The notes under the pieces were generated by a model. It searched no databases. It saw only the letters and a list, made by a program, of their open reading frames with translations, and was not told the origin of the DNA. A stretch of DNA of 64,000 bases, from assembly GCF_000006765.1 (NCBI RefSeq), contig NC_002516.2, one strand, 5' to 3'. The stretch is from Pseudomonas aeruginosa PAO1. GTDB lineage: Bacteria; Pseudomonadota; Gammaproteobacteria; Pseudomonadales; Pseudomonadaceae. The translations under genes were made by a program, and so were the position numbers. Shown in pieces: positions 19,663 to 32,747 of the stretch (the stretch's first letter is position 1; every line of letters starts with the position of its first letter).

Positions 19663-20130
19663 TCAGTTGCGCGAATCGTCGCGGCGCTCGTACTCGCCCT
19701 CGATGACGTTCGGCCGCGACGGACCCTGTCCGTAGCGGGCGTTCAGGTCGTCGGCGAAGGCGCGCCGGCGCAGCGCCTGCTGTTCGACGCGGCGGCGCAG
19801 GCCGCCGAGCATCAGGCGACGGGTGAAAGGAATCAGGCAGAGGATGCCGAAGATGTCGCTGATGAAACCCGGCAGCATCAGCAGGCCGCCGCCGACGGCG
19901 ATCAACAGGCCTTCGAGCATTTCCTGCTCCGGCAGTTCGCCACGGGCCAGTCGTTCGCGGGCGCGCCAGGCGGTGGCCACGCCGGCCACGCGCAACAATG
20001 CAGCACCGATGAAGGCGCTGGCGACGATCAGGAACAGGGTCCAGCCGACCCCGATGACACTGCCGACCTTGATCAGGACGGCCAGCTCGACCAGCGGGAA
20101 GAGCAACAGCAGAAAGAGGAAAGCGCGCAT
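19663..20130 (-). CDS. fxsA: FxsA-family membrane protein, 155 aa
   Basis: [22 protein letters not shown] and C-terminal VIEGEYER. Sits next to groES. Confidence 0.9.
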   Translation of the reverse strand: MRAFLFLLLLFPLVELAVLIKVGSVIGVGWTLFLIVASAFIGAALLRVAGVATAWRARERLARGELPEQEMLEGLLIAVGGGLLMLPGFISDIFGILCLIPFTRRLMLGGLRRRVEQQALRRRAFADDLNARYGQGPSRPNVIEGEYERRDDSRN

Positions 20131-20173
20131 TTCAGAGTCCTTGGCGGGGCCCGTTTGCCCCCGGTACCACCAG

Positions 20174-20205
20174 TAGTTGGCGCCAGCCGGGGAAGAATTC
20201 AACCC
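20174..20205 (-). promoter_or_regulatory. Candidate sigma32 promoter for fxsA
   Basis: GGGTTGAAT-N14-CGCCAACTA. The -35 overlaps the upstream gene's stop codon. Confidence 0.4.
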
Positions 20206-20933
20206 TGCTCCGGCTCGACGGTAGGCCAGCGCTCGGCCCTGGCCAATTGCACCAGCGCCTGGCGCACGGCCCCGGGGTTGCCGCAGGCGGCGGGGAACGG
20301 CAGCCAGTGCAGGCCCTGGCCGATGCGCAGGTGGAAACCTTCTGTATCAATTCCCGCCAGCTGCGCCGCGGCATGCGCCGGCAGTCCGGCCAGTTCCACA
20401 TAGTGGGCGATGGCGGCGGCGTGGTCGCTGTTCATGTGCTCGACCATGCCGCGCTCGGCTTCTCCGGCGAACGGATTGGCCAGCGGCACGCGCTCGGCGG
20501 CCAGCCAGTGGATCGCGCCGAAACCGCCGATGAAACGCCACTGGACCGGCTGCAGCACCCAGAAGTCGAAATCGTGGACCCGATGGTAGTCGGCGGACTC
20601 GGGGAAATAGCGGTAGTAACGCTCGGCCGCCGCGGCGACCTCCTCCTCCGCCAATTGCCGCGCCTCGGCCAGCAGGGTGAGGCGGCCGACAGCCTGGATA
20701 TCCTCGGCGCCGCGCTCGCCTACCAGCATCGAGCAGCGCGGGTCCGCCTGCAGGTTGTGGGTGTGCTGGGCGATCCGGCTGATCAGGATCAGCGGCCGGC
20801 CTTCGGCATCCAGGCAATAGGGAACCACCGAGCCGAAAGGAAAGCCCGGCCATTTCTTCGAGTGGGTGGAAAGGACCGCACGGTATTCCTTGAGCAGCAA
20901 TTCTCGGGCATTCTTTGCAGCTTCAACGCTCAA
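20199..20933 (-). CDS. HugZ-like split-barrel heme/FMN-binding protein with DUF2470-type C-terminus, 244 aa
   Basis: TTG start with [33 protein letters not shown] and EHMNSDH motifs. Confidence 0.82.
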   Translation of the reverse strand: MSVEAAKNARELLLKEYRAVLSTHSKKWPGFPFGSVVPYCLDAEGRPLILISRIAQHTHNLQADPRCSMLVGERGAEDIQAVGRLTLLAEARQLAEEEVAAAAERYYRYFPESADYHRVHDFDFWVLQPVQWRFIGGFGAIHWLAAERVPLANPFAGEAERGMVEHMNSDHAAAIAHYVELAGLPAHAAAQLAGIDTEGFHLRIGQGLHWLPFPAACGNPGAVRQALVQLARAERWPTVEPEQG

Positions 20934-21041
20934 TTTATGACTCCTTGCATAGAATCCGTCGTAAACGGACGGGCATATCAAAGTACGTTCGCAGGTGCCG
21001 GCAAGGTCCGCTTCCAGAAACTGCTCGTGGGGTTCCAAGCA

Positions 21042-21800
21042 ATGCAATTGAAAGACAAGGTCATCATCATCACCGGCGGCTGCCAGGGGCTCGGCCGGGC
21101 AATGGGCGAATATCTCGCCGGCAAGGGCGCCAGGCTGGCCCTGGTCGATCTCAACCGCGAACGTCTCGACGAAGCCGTCGCTGCCTGCAAGGCCGCCGGC
21201 GGCGACGCTCGCGCCTACGTGTGCAACGTGGCGGACGAGGAACAGGTTACCCACATGGTGGCCCAGGTCGCCAGCGACTTCGGCGCGATCAACGGCCTGG
21301 TCAACAACGCCGGCATCCTCCGCGACGGCCTGACCATCAAGGTCAAGGACGGCCAGTTGAGCAAGATGAGCCTGGCCCAATGGCAATCGGTGATCGACGT
21401 CAACCTCACCGGTGTGTTCCTCTGCACCCGCGAAGTGGCGGCGAAGATGATCGAGCTGAAGAACGAAGGCGCGATCGTCAACATTTCCTCGATCTCCCGC
21501 GCCGGCAACATGGGCCAGGCCAACTACTCGGCAGCCAAGGCCGGGGTGGCCGCGGATACCGTGGTCTGGGCGAAGGAACTGGCGCGCTACGGCATCCGCG
21601 TGGCCGGCGTGGCGCCGGGCTTCATCGAGACCGAGATGACCGCCGGGATGAAACCCGAGGCGCTGGAGAAGATGACCGCCGGCATCCCCCTCAAGCGTAT
21701 GGGCAAGCCGGTGGAGATCGCCCACTCGGTGGCCTACATCTTCGAGAACGACTACTACACCGGCCGCGTTCTCGAACTGGACGGCGGCCTGCGCCTGTAG
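21042..21800 (+). CDS. Short-chain dehydrogenase/reductase (FabG-like), 252 aa
   Basis: [17 protein letters not shown] and PGFIET motifs. Confidence 0.9.
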   Translation: MQLKDKVIIITGGCQGLGRAMGEYLAGKGARLALVDLNRERLDEAVAACKAAGGDARAYVCNVADEEQVTHMVAQVASDFGAINGLVNNAGILRDGLTIKVKDGQLSKMSLAQWQSVIDVNLTGVFLCTREVAAKMIELKNEGAIVNISSISRAGNMGQANYSAAKAGVAADTVVWAKELARYGIRVAGVAPGFIETEMTAGMKPEALEKMTAGIPLKRMGKPVEIAHSVAYIFENDYYTGRVLELDGGLRL

Positions 21801-21816
21801 GCCCCGGCCCCGCAAG

Positions 21817-21846
21817 GAAAAAGCCCCGCTATCGCGGGGCTTTTTC
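21817..21846. terminator. Bidirectional intrinsic terminator
   Basis: GAAAAAGCCCCGC-TATC-GCGGGGCTTTTTC. Confidence 0.9.
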
Positions 21847-21858
21847 GTGCAGGCCGGC

Positions 21859-22866
21859 TTACCAGCCGACCCCGAGGCCGAAGGTATAGCGGCGCTGGTT
21901 GACGTTGCCGTCGTTGCCGCTGAACTTGTCCCATTCCGCCTTCATGCTCAGCGAAGCCCAGCTGGTCAGCTTGTAGCGGATCCCCGCCTCGGTCTGCAGC
22001 TCGTAGTCCAGGCCGGATTGCAGCGGCTTGCTGACCTCGCCGTTGGTGAACAGCTCGAACTGCTTGGCCAGCAGGTAGCGGTTGTAGTCCCACTTGAAGC
22101 TCGACGAATAGAAGTGCTCCTTCTCGCCATCGGCGAACTCGTAGTCGTTGCGGTTGACCAAGGTGGCGATGGAGAACGCGCCCAGCTCGTTGTCCCAGAA
22201 CTGGTAGCCGGGGCCGGTACCGACGGTACGCTTCTTCGCCAGGTCCTCGATCATGTCGCGCTTGTAGGCGACCTGGCCCTGCCAGAACCAGTGGTCGTCG
22301 ATGAAACGGTCCAGCGCGTACTGGCCGGAATAATTGTCGGTGCTGACCTGGCCGTTCTTCTTCTCGCGGTTGTACTCGCCCTGCACGTTGTGGCGCCAGA
22401 GTCCGTGGCGGGCGTTGGTCTTGAAATCGATGTCGTAGTCGGACACATCGTTCTCGGCCTGCTTGCGGTCCAGCGAGAAATCGACGTTGCCGTTCCATAC
22501 CCAGTCCTGGAGGATCGGCTTGGGCGGCATCATCTGCTGGATGCTGGCCAGCTCCACGGTCTTCGGCTCGCCGTTGACCAGGGTCACCTGGCCCGGCCCG
22601 GCGGCCTTGATGCCCTTGGAGTGCTCGCCAGTCTCGGCATCCTGCTTGACCAGCAGGTTCTGCTCGCTCTCGAAGGTGGAGATCTTGTCCCACTTGAGCG
22701 TGATGTCGCCGCCATAGTCGGTCTTCAGCAGCAGCTTGCCGCCGTCGAACAGGGTGATCTTGCCGGTAAGGCGGTCACCGTTCTTCATCCAGACCGTATC
22801 GGCAAGGGCAGAGGTGGAACTTGCAAGGGCAGCGAGGCACAGCAGGATTCTCGACAACATGAGCAC
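21859..22866 (-). CDS. DUF481/YdiY-like outer-membrane beta-barrel protein (paralogue A)
   Basis: Signal peptide ending ALA, DTVWMKNGDRLTG, alternating beta strands, C-terminal GLGVGW. Alternative start at 22860. Confidence 0.82.
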   Translation of the reverse strand: MLMLSRILLCLAALASSTSALADTVWMKNGDRLTGKITLFDGGKLLLKTDYGGDITLKWDKISTFESEQNLLVKQDAETGEHSKGIKAAGPGQVTLVNGEPKTVELASIQQMMPPKPILQDWVWNGNVDFSLDRKQAENDVSDYDIDFKTNARHGLWRHNVQGEYNREKKNGQVSTDNYSGQYALDRFIDDHWFWQGQVAYKRDMIEDLAKKRTVGTGPGYQFWDNELGAFSIATLVNRNDYEFADGEKEHFYSSSFKWDYNRYLLAKQFELFTNGEVSKPLQSGLDYELQTEAGIRYKLTSWASLSMKAEWDKFSGNDGNVNQRRYTFGLGVGW

Positions 22867-22980
22867 AAATCAACTGAGTTGGGTTCGAAGAGGCCGGCAT
22901 TATCCAAATGCCGGGCGGCAGAGCAAGGACCGGGGCACGGGCGGTAAAGTTCAGCCGGATCGACCGACAGGTGAGCCGCG

Positions 22981-23982
22981 TCACCAGCCGACGCCGACCC
23001 CGATCAGGTAATGCCGGTCGGACTGGGTGCCCCCCTCGGTGCGCAACTGGTCCAGTTCATAGAGGAACGAAAGACGCGCCCAACTGTTCAGGCGATAGCG
23101 CAGGCCGTATTCGCTGTCGAGCAGGTAGTCGATCCGCTCGATGCCGGGAACCAGCACGGTCCCCTTGCTGTACAGCTCCAGCCGGGTGCCGGCGAGCAGC
23201 CGCTTGTAGTCCCACTCCAGCGAATAGGAGGTGAAATCCTCGCGCGGCTGATCGCGCCACTCCAGTTGCCAGCGACTGATCTCGGCGACCAGGTCGAAAC
23301 GCCCGAGTTCGTCGTCCCAGAACTGGTAGCCGGGGCCGGTTCCCAGCGCGCTCTGGCGCTCCAGGTTGTCGATCGCATCGTGCTTCTGCGAATAGCTGCC
23401 GCGCCAGAACCAGTGTTCGTCGAAGAAGCGATCGAGGTCGTAGTCCAGCTCCCAGTTGTCCTCGACCTTGCGCCCGTCCTTCTTTTCCCGCTCCACTTCC
23501 CCCGCCAGCACGTGGCGCCAGGCACCGTGGCGAAGCCGGGTATCGCCCTTGAGCTTCCATTCGTCCTTGTCGCTGTCGTTGCGCTTGCTATCCAGCTTGA
23601 CGTCGAGATTGCCCTCCCAGACCAGGTCCTCCACCAGCGGTCGCGGCGGCACCATCTGGCGAATACTGGCCAGCGGGACGGTATGGCTGCCGCCATCGAC
23701 GATCCGCACCATGCCCTTGCCCGCCGCCTCCAGGGTTCGGCTACGCTGCCCGGATACGCCCTGCTGCTTGATCAGCAGGGGTTTGTCGGAACTGATGGTG
23801 TCGATATCCTTCCAATCGATCAGCACCTGGCCGGCATAACGGGTCTTCAGCGCCAGCTTGCCGCCGTCCATCAGCACGATCTCGCCGGACAGGCGGTCGC
23901 CGTTGTCCAGCCATACGGTGTCGGCCAGCGCGGGGCCGGCCAGGAGCATCACGACGATTGAACAGAGGGCTCTGAGCGACAT
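22981..23982 (-). CDS. DUF481/YdiY-like outer-membrane beta-barrel protein (paralogue B)
   Basis: Signal peptide, DTVWLDNGDRLSG, GTGPGYQFWD, C-terminal GVGVGW. Confidence 0.82.
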   Translation of the reverse strand: MSLRALCSIVVMLLAGPALADTVWLDNGDRLSGEIVLMDGGKLALKTRYAGQVLIDWKDIDTISSDKPLLIKQQGVSGQRSRTLEAAGKGMVRIVDGGSHTVPLASIRQMVPPRPLVEDLVWEGNLDVKLDSKRNDSDKDEWKLKGDTRLRHGAWRHVLAGEVEREKKDGRKVEDNWELDYDLDRFFDEHWFWRGSYSQKHDAIDNLERQSALGTGPGYQFWDDELGRFDLVAEISRWQLEWRDQPREDFTSYSLEWDYKRLLAGTRLELYSKGTVLVPGIERIDYLLDSEYGLRYRLNSWARLSFLYELDQLRTEGGTQSDRHYLIGVGVGW

Positions 23983-24364
23983 GGGCGTTCACAAGGCGGA
24001 CAGGAAAGGGAAAACCGATGAGCATGCATGGGCCGGCAGCGACCCGGCAAGTGCCCAGGCGCGCCGCGAGGCCCTGTACCTGGTGCTGGCGCAGGTGCCG
24101 CCGGGGCAGGTGGTCAGCTACGGGCAACTGGCCGAACTGGCCGGCCTAGGCCGCGCCGCCCGCTGGGTCGGCAGGACGCTCAGCCAGTTGCCGGTGGATA
24201 CCCGCCTGCCCTGGCATCGGGTTCTCGGCGCCGGCGGTCGCATCAGCCTGCCGGCGGACAGTCCCGGCGGTCGCGAACAACGCGCACGCTTGCGCGAGGA
24301 AGGCGTTCTCCTGCACAACGACAGGGTGGACATACGTCGGCATGGCTGGCTTACAGCGAAGTAG
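23981..24364 (+). CDS. Alkyltransferase-like (ATL/MGMT-family) protein, 127 aa
   Basis: VPPGQVVSYGQLA, ARWVG and PWHRV (Trp replaces the catalytic Cys). The start is the only in-frame Met close to the domain. Confidence 0.82.
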   Translation: MGVHKADRKGKTDEHAWAGSDPASAQARREALYLVLAQVPPGQVVSYGQLAELAGLGRAARWVGRTLSQLPVDTRLPWHRVLGAGGRISLPADSPGGREQRARLREEGVLLHNDRVDIRRHGWLTAK

Positions 24365-24406
24365 AGCGGTTAGAGTGCGCGTTATTTTTTGCGGAACGGT
24401 TACCCC

Positions 24407-26191
24407 ATGACTCAGCAATCCTGGCGAGAGGCCCTGGTCGCCTACAAGTCTCCCGCCAGCCTGGCCCTCCTGCTGCTCGGCTTCGCCGCCGGCCTGCCGA
24501 CCATGCTGGTGTTCAACACCCTGTCGGTGTGGCTGCGCGAAGCCGGCGTGGCGCGGGATACCATCGGTTTCGCCAGTTGGCTGGGGCTGGTGTACGCCTT
24601 CAAGTGGGTCTGGTCGCCGATGCTCGACCAGTGGCGCCTGCCCTTCGTCGGCCGTCTCGGCCGGCGCCGTTCCTGGCTGGTGTTCTCGCAGGTGCTGATC
24701 GCCCTGGGACTGCTCGGCATGGCCCTGTGCAATCCGCAGAGCCACCTGCCCTGGCTGATCGGCCTGGCCCTGCTGGTGGCGTTCGCCTCCGCCACCCAGG
24801 ACATCGCGATCGACGCCTACCGCCTGGAAATCGCCGAGGATAGCCGCCAGGCCGCCCTCGCTGCCTGCTACATGACCGGCTACCGCGCGGCGATCCTGCT
24901 GGCCAGCGCCGGCGCGCTGATTCTCGCCGAATGGTTCGGCTCCACCAGCCTCAACTACAGCCAGTCGGCCTGGGGCCTGACCTATGCGTTGTTCGCCCTG
25001 CTGATCCTGCCTGGGCTGGTCACCAGCCTGCTGATCCGCGAGCCGGCGGTGGACGTGCCGATCCACGTCAACCCGTCGCGTTTCGACTTCAACCACCAAC
25101 TGCTCTCGGTGCTCCTGCTGCTGATCCTGCTGATCTCGCTGCCGGCGATGATCACCGCCCTCCTCGACCGCGCCTGGCCGCGCGCCGGCCTCTACGCGCT
25201 GCTCATGGGGATCTGCCTGTCGCCGTGGGGACGCCAGCAGATCCGCCCGGTCCGCGAACTGCTCGCCACCGTGCGCAGGCCGCTGCTGGTGGCGGCGCGC
25301 GGCAAGGAAGTGCCGCTGTTCGATTTCGTCCACCAGGCGGTCTCGGTGATGGTGCTGATCATCCTCCTCGTCACCGTCACCGCCATGTGCCGCGCCTACT
25401 ACTCCGGCGCCTGGCCGCGCGGCACGCTGTTCCTGCTGATCGCCGCGTCCTGCCTGTCGGCACCCGGACGCCTGCTGATGGCCCCGGTGCTGACGCCGAT
25501 CACCGAGTTCGTCCAGCGCTATCGCTGGCAGGCCCTGCTGCTGCTCGGCCTGATCTCCACCTATCGCCTGTCGGACACGGTGATGGGGGTGATGGCCGGG
25601 GTCTTCTACATCGACATGGGCTTCTCCAAGGAAGTCATCGCCAGTGTCAGCAAGGTCTTCGGCGTACTCATGACCCTGATCGGCGCCGCCGCCGGCGGGG
25701 TGCTGATCGCCCGCTTCAGCATCCTCTCCATCCTGTTCATCGGCGGTGCCGCTTCGGCTGCCACCAACCTGCTGTTCGCCATGCTCGCCCAGCTCGGCCC
25801 GCTGCACGCCGAGGCCCTGCCCAGCCATGACGTGATCAGCCTGGTGATGGCGCTCGAGCCGCACGTGCTGATGCTGGTGATGACCATCACCCTCGACAAC
25901 TTCAGCGGCGGCCTCGCCGCCTCGGCCTTCGTCGCCTACCTGTCGAGCCTGACCAACCTGAAGTTCTCCGCCACCCAGTACGCCATGCTCAGCTCGACCA
26001 TGCTCCTGCTGCCGCGCTTCATCGGCGGCTACTCCGGAACCATGGTCGAGAGCCTCGGCTACGAGCACTTCTTCTACGTCACCGCGGTGATGGGCATTCC
26101 CACCCTGCTGCTGATCGGCTGGTTGTGGCTGCGCCGCGCGCCGTCCAGCGAGGCGCCGGCGCCGGGACACCAGAACGCCGAGCAGCACTGA
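24407..26191 (+). CDS. ampG: AmpG muropeptide MFS permease, 594 aa
   Basis: LGFAAGLP, FKWVWSP, GRRRSW, SATQDIAIDAYR and SATQYAMLSS motifs. Confidence 0.93.
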   Translation: MTQQSWREALVAYKSPASLALLLLGFAAGLPTMLVFNTLSVWLREAGVARDTIGFASWLGLVYAFKWVWSPMLDQWRLPFVGRLGRRRSWLVFSQVLIALGLLGMALCNPQSHLPWLIGLALLVAFASATQDIAIDAYRLEIAEDSRQAALAACYMTGYRAAILLASAGALILAEWFGSTSLNYSQSAWGLTYALFALLILPGLVTSLLIREPAVDVPIHVNPSRFDFNHQLLSVLLLLILLISLPAMITALLDRAWPRAGLYALLMGICLSPWGRQQIRPVRELLATVRRPLLVAARGKEVPLFDFVHQAVSVMVLIILLVTVTAMCRAYYSGAWPRGTLFLLIAASCLSAPGRLLMAPVLTPITEFVQRYRWQALLLLGLISTYRLSDTVMGVMAGVFYIDMGFSKEVIASVSKVFGVLMTLIGAAAGGVLIARFSILSILFIGGAASAATNLLFAMLAQLGPLHAEALPSHDVISLVMALEPHVLMLVMTITLDNFSGGLAASAFVAYLSSLTNLKFSATQYAMLSSTMLLLPRFIGGYSGTMVESLGYEHFFYVTAVMGIPTLLLIGWLWLRRAPSSEAPAPGHQNAEQH

Positions 26192-26200
26192 GGCGAGAAT

Positions 26201-26230
26201 GAAAAAGGCCGGCATTCGCCGGCCTTTTTC
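26201..26230. terminator. Bidirectional intrinsic terminator
   Basis: GAAAAAGGCCGGC-ATTC-GCCGGCCTTTTTC. Confidence 0.9.
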
Positions 26231-26246
26231 GTGGATCGCACGGACC

Positions 26247-27083
26247 TCAGTCGGCCATCGCGCCCTGCACAACCTTGACCACCCGCTGCGGGAAGGGAAT
26301 GCCGATACCTTCCTTGCCCAGCGCGTCGCGGGCCTTTTCGTTGAACATGAACATCACGTCCCAGTAGTCGGCGTTCTTCACCCAGACCCGCAGGGACAGG
26401 GTAATCGCGCTTTCGCCGAGATTGGAAACCACCGCCACCGGTGCCGGGTCCTTCAGAACCCGCGGATCGTCGGCCATGGCCAGGAGAATGTTCTGCGCAT
26501 TCTTCAGATCGGCGTCGTAGTCGATGCCGACGTCGAAGATCACCTTGCGCACGGGCTCGGCGGAGTAGTTGGTCACCGTTCCGTTGGACAGCGCCCCGTT
26601 GGGCACGATGATCCGCTTGTTGTCGCCGCTACGCAGCACGGTGTGGAAGATCAGGATCGAATCCACGGTGCCGGCCACGCCCTGTGCCTCGATCCAGTCG
26701 CCGACCTTGAACGGGCGGAACAGCAGGATCAGCACGCCGCCGGCGAAGTTAGCCAGGCTGCCCTGCAGGGCCAGGCCGATGGCCAGGCCGGCGGCGCCGA
26801 TGGCGGCGACGAAGCTGGTGGTCTGGATGCCGATCATGGAAGCCACGCTGACCACCAGCAGGATCTTCAGGACGATGCTCACCAGGCTGCCGACGAAGCC
26901 TTGCAGGGTGCGGTCGACGCTGCGCCTGGCGAGCAGGCCGCCGACCCGGCCGGTCAGGGTGTTGATCAGCCACCAGCCGATCGCCAGGGTCAGCAGCGCC
27001 AGGGCGACCTTGCCGCTGTACTCCAGCACGATCGGCAGCCAGGACTCGGTCTGCTGCACCAGTCGGTCGTAGTTCAATTCCAT
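26247..27083 (-). CDS. mscS: Small-conductance mechanosensitive channel (MscS family), 278 aa
   Basis: GLAIGLALQGSLANFAGG, RPFKVGD, IIVPNG and IPFPQ motifs. Confidence 0.92.
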   Translation of the reverse strand: MELNYDRLVQQTESWLPIVLEYSGKVALALLTLAIGWWLINTLTGRVGGLLARRSVDRTLQGFVGSLVSIVLKILLVVSVASMIGIQTTSFVAAIGAAGLAIGLALQGSLANFAGGVLILLFRPFKVGDWIEAQGVAGTVDSILIFHTVLRSGDNKRIIVPNGALSNGTVTNYSAEPVRKVIFDVGIDYDADLKNAQNILLAMADDPRVLKDPAPVAVVSNLGESAITLSLRVWVKNADYWDVMFMFNEKARDALGKEGIGIPFPQRVVKVVQGAMAD

Positions 27084-27276
27084 GCATTACCTCCATTTCT
27101 CGAAAAAACACCCCTCCCTTCCGCAACGGAAACGGGACGGGCTTGCAGATTCCTGCCCGGACGCCGTGGGGCGACGTTTCCGGGCCTGGATACGAATCGG
27201 CGCAGCGCGGACGAACCGACGCTGCGCCGACAGGGGCGGACAACGCGGGAGAGGTCGCGGCGGCGCTACTCCCTAT

Positions 27277-27303
27277 TGCGATGCCCGGGATGGCGAGAGG
27301 TTC
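27277..27303 (-). promoter_or_regulatory. Candidate AlgU (sigma22) promoter for mscS
   Basis: GAACCT-N16-TCGCA versus consensus GAACTT-N16/17-TCnnA. Confidence 0.45.
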
Positions 27304-27315
27304 CGAAAAACCTCG

Positions 27316-29947
<2,632 letters not shown>

Positions 29948-29997
29948 AGCGCGTTACCCTGCCCGCCATTCCTTTTCGCCGCGGACCGCCAGAGCCC

Positions 29998-32094
29998 ATG
30001 AACCTGCGCCAGCGCCTCGACAACCTGCCCGTAGGGCAGAAACTGCTCGCCGCCCTGCTGATCCTGCTGGCTACCGTGCTGCTGGTGGCCAACCTGGCGT
30101 TCATCAGCGCCGCCTACTGGATTTCCCAGGAGAGCGTCGCCCCCCAGGCGATGCAGACCATCGGCCGGCTGATCGCCAACCCGGCGCTCAGCCAGCCGGC
30201 ACTCAGTTCGCCGCAGACCGCCGAGGTCCTGCTGCGCCAGCTCAACGATTACCAGCCGTTACGCGCCGCGGCCCTGTACGACAGCAATGGGCTGATGCTG
30301 GCCGACCTGCAACGCGGCGACACCCTCAAGCTGCCGGCCCGCCTGGACCGCCTGGAGCACTGGAGGCGCGGCGAGTACCGCCTCAACGCGCTGATCGAAC
30401 TGCCCCAGGAAAACGCCCGTCCCGGCTACCTGCTGCTGGTGGCCAGCGGTGAACTGCCGAGCGCGTTCTACACCGGAACCCTCACCGCCAGCCTGGCGAT
30501 CCTCGGCGTCAGCGTGCTGCTCTGGCTGCTGGTGGCGCAGCAGATACGCCGCCTGATCACCCGGCCGATCCGCGATCTCGAGGAACTGTCGCGGCAGGTC
30601 ACCCGCGAGGAGAACTACGCCCTCCGCGCCCAGCGCGGCAACGGCGACGAGATCGGCCGCCTGGCCGACGCGTTCAACACCATGCTGACCCGCATCGAGG
30701 CCCGCGAGCAGCAGCTCAAGCGCGCCCGCGACGATGCCCAGGAAGCGGTCGAGCAGGCCCAGAGCCTGGCCGAGGAAACCCGCCGCTCGAACCGCAAGCT
30801 GGAACTGGAAGTGCAGGTGCGCAGCAAGATCGAGAAGAAGCTCACCGGTTTCCAGCACTACCTCAACAGCATCATCGACTCCATGCCTTCGGCGCTGATC
30901 GCGGTGGACGAGCAACTCTACGTCACGCAGTGGAACCAGGAGGCCAGCCAGCTTTCCGGCACCAGCCTGGACGATGCGGTCAACCAGCCGGTGTTCCTCG
31001 CCTTTCCCTCGCTCAAGCCGTTCCTTCCGCAGCTCACCCGGGCTGCCGAGAAGCACAGCGTGGAGCGTGTCGAACGGGTCACCTGGGCGCTGATCGACAC
31101 GCCACGCCACTACGCCCTGACCTTCTACCCGCTGATGGGCGGCACCGGCCGCGGCGCGGTGATCCGCATCGACGACATCACCCAGCGGCTGAGCCTGGAA
31201 GAAGTGATGGTGCAATCGGAGAAGATGCTCTCGGTCGGCAGCCTCGCCGCCGGCATGGCCCACGAGATCAACAACCCGCTCGGCGCGATCCTGCACAACG
31301 TGCAGAACATCAAGCGGCGCCTGTCCCCGGAGCTGGCGAAGAACGTCGAGCTGGCGGCCGAGGTCGGAGTGCCGCTGGAAGACATCAATCACTACCTCGA
31401 CGGCCGCGACATCCCGCGCCTGCTGGAAGGCATCCAGCACGCCGGCTCGCGGGCAGCGAAGATCGTCACCCACATGCTCGCCTTCAGCCGCCGCAGCCAC
31501 CGGCAGATGACCGCTTGCGAACTGCCCGCACTGCTCGAACAGGCGGTGGAAATCGCCGGTAACGACTTCGACCTGGCCGAAGGCTTCGACTTCAAGTCGT
31601 TGCAGATCGTCCACGAGTTCGACCCCAACCTCGGCCCGGTGCCGGTGATCGCCAACGAGGTCGAGCAGGTCCTGCTCAACCTGCTGAAGAACGCCGCCCA
31701 GGCCATCCACCAGCGCGACGACGAAGAGGAAGGCGAACAGGGCCGGATCGTCCTGCGCACGCGCCTGACGCCGCCCTGGGCGGAAGTCCAGGTGGAAGAC
31801 AACGGCAGCGGCATGCCCGAACTGGTGCGCAAGCGTATCTTCGAGCCGTTCTTCACCACCAAGGAAGTCGGCCAGGGCACCGGTCTCGGCCTGTCCGTCT
31901 CGTATTTCATCATCACCAACAATCACAAGGGCCAGATGGAAGTACGCTCGGAACTGGGCCGCGGCACCTGCTTCAGCATCCGCCTGCCGCTGGAAAGCTC
32001 CGAAGCGGTCGCCCCGGCACAAGCCAAGGCCCTGCCGCCCGCTCTGCCGCAACCCGGTAGCAGCCTGCGGCGGGGCGACGAAGAGGAAGGTTGA
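29998..32094 (+). CDS. Sensor histidine kinase (periplasmic-HAMP-PAS-HisKA-HATPase), 698 aa
   Basis: Two TM segments, [32 protein letters not shown] and [16 protein letters not shown]. Confidence 0.92.
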   Translation: MNLRQRLDNLPVGQKLLAALLILLATVLLVANLAFISAAYWISQESVAPQAMQTIGRLIANPALSQPALSSPQTAEVLLRQLNDYQPLRAAALYDSNGLMLADLQRGDTLKLPARLDRLEHWRRGEYRLNALIELPQENARPGYLLLVASGELPSAFYTGTLTASLAILGVSVLLWLLVAQQIRRLITRPIRDLEELSRQVTREENYALRAQRGNGDEIGRLADAFNTMLTRIEAREQQLKRARDDAQEAVEQAQSLAEETRRSNRKLELEVQVRSKIEKKLTGFQHYLNSIIDSMPSALIAVDEQLYVTQWNQEASQLSGTSLDDAVNQPVFLAFPSLKPFLPQLTRAAEKHSVERVERVTWALIDTPRHYALTFYPLMGGTGRGAVIRIDDITQRLSLEEVMVQSEKMLSVGSLAAGMAHEINNPLGAILHNVQNIKRRLSPELAKNVELAAEVGVPLEDINHYLDGRDIPRLLEGIQHAGSRAAKIVTHMLAFSRRSHRQMTACELPALLEQAVEIAGNDFDLAEGFDFKSLQIVHEFDPNLGPVPVIANEVEQVLLNLLKNAAQAIHQRDDEEEGEQGRIVLRTRLTPPWAEVQVEDNGSGMPELVRKRIFEPFFTTKEVGQGTGLGLSVSYFIITNNHKGQMEVRSELGRGTCFSIRLPLESSEAVAPAQAKALPPALPQPGSSLRRGDEEEG

Positions 32095-32098
32095 ATCC

Positions 32099-32677
32099 AT
32101 GGGCAATCGATTGTCGAAGATCTACACCCGTACCGGCGACCGCGGCGAGACCGGCCTGGCCGGCGGACGCCGGGTGCCCAAGAGCCATCCACGCATCGAG
32201 GCGATCGGCGCGGTGGACGAATTGAACAGCCAGTTGGGCCTGCTCCTTGCCGAGCTGCTGGAAGCGCGTGGCGCACATCCCGGCCTGGAGGAGATCGTCC
32301 AGGCGCTGGCGCCGGTGCAACACCGCCTGTTCGACCTCGGCGGGGAGCTGGCGATGCCGGAGTATCGGGCCCTGGACGAGACGGAAGTGGCACGCCTGGA
32401 AAGCTGCATCGACCGCTGGAACGACGAGCTGGGCCCGCTGAAGAATTTCATCCTCCCCGGCGGTTCCCGCCCGGTCGCCCAGGCCCATGTCTGCCGCAGC
32501 CTGGCGCGCAGTGCCGAACGGCGCTGCCAGGCGCTGGACCAGGAGGAAACGCTGGAGGGCGTCGGCCTGCGCTACCTGAACCGGCTCTCCGACCTGCTGT
32601 TCGTCGCCGCCCGCGCCATCGCCCGGCGCCAGGGCGTGGCGGAGATTCTCTGGGAGGCGGCGGCAAAACCGGACTGA
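32099..32677 (+). CDS. PduO-type ATP:cob(I)alamin adenosyltransferase, 192 aa
   Basis: KIYTRTGDRGET, GAVDELNS, FILPGG and YLNRLSDLLF motifs. Confidence 0.92.
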   Translation: MGNRLSKIYTRTGDRGETGLAGGRRVPKSHPRIEAIGAVDELNSQLGLLLAELLEARGAHPGLEEIVQALAPVQHRLFDLGGELAMPEYRALDETEVARLESCIDRWNDELGPLKNFILPGGSRPVAQAHVCRSLARSAERRCQALDQEETLEGVGLRYLNRLSDLLFVAARAIARRQGVAEILWEAAAKPD

Positions 32678-32705
32678 CGGCGAGCGAGGGCTCGGCATCG
32701 AGACG

Positions 32706-32734
32706 AAAAAAAGGAGGCCGAAGCCTCCTTTTTT
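32706..32734. terminator. Bidirectional intrinsic terminator
   Basis: AAAAAAAGGAGGC-CGAA-GCCTCCTTTTTT. Confidence 0.9.
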
Positions 32735-32747
32735 CTTCATTCCACCG

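Noticed and set aside
22925-22953. GAACTT-N17-TCCTT as an AlgU promoter for DUF481-A, and a search for a PvdS box (TAAAT-N16-CGT)
   Set aside because: The -10 lacks the conserved terminal A, and I found no TAAAT box by eye.
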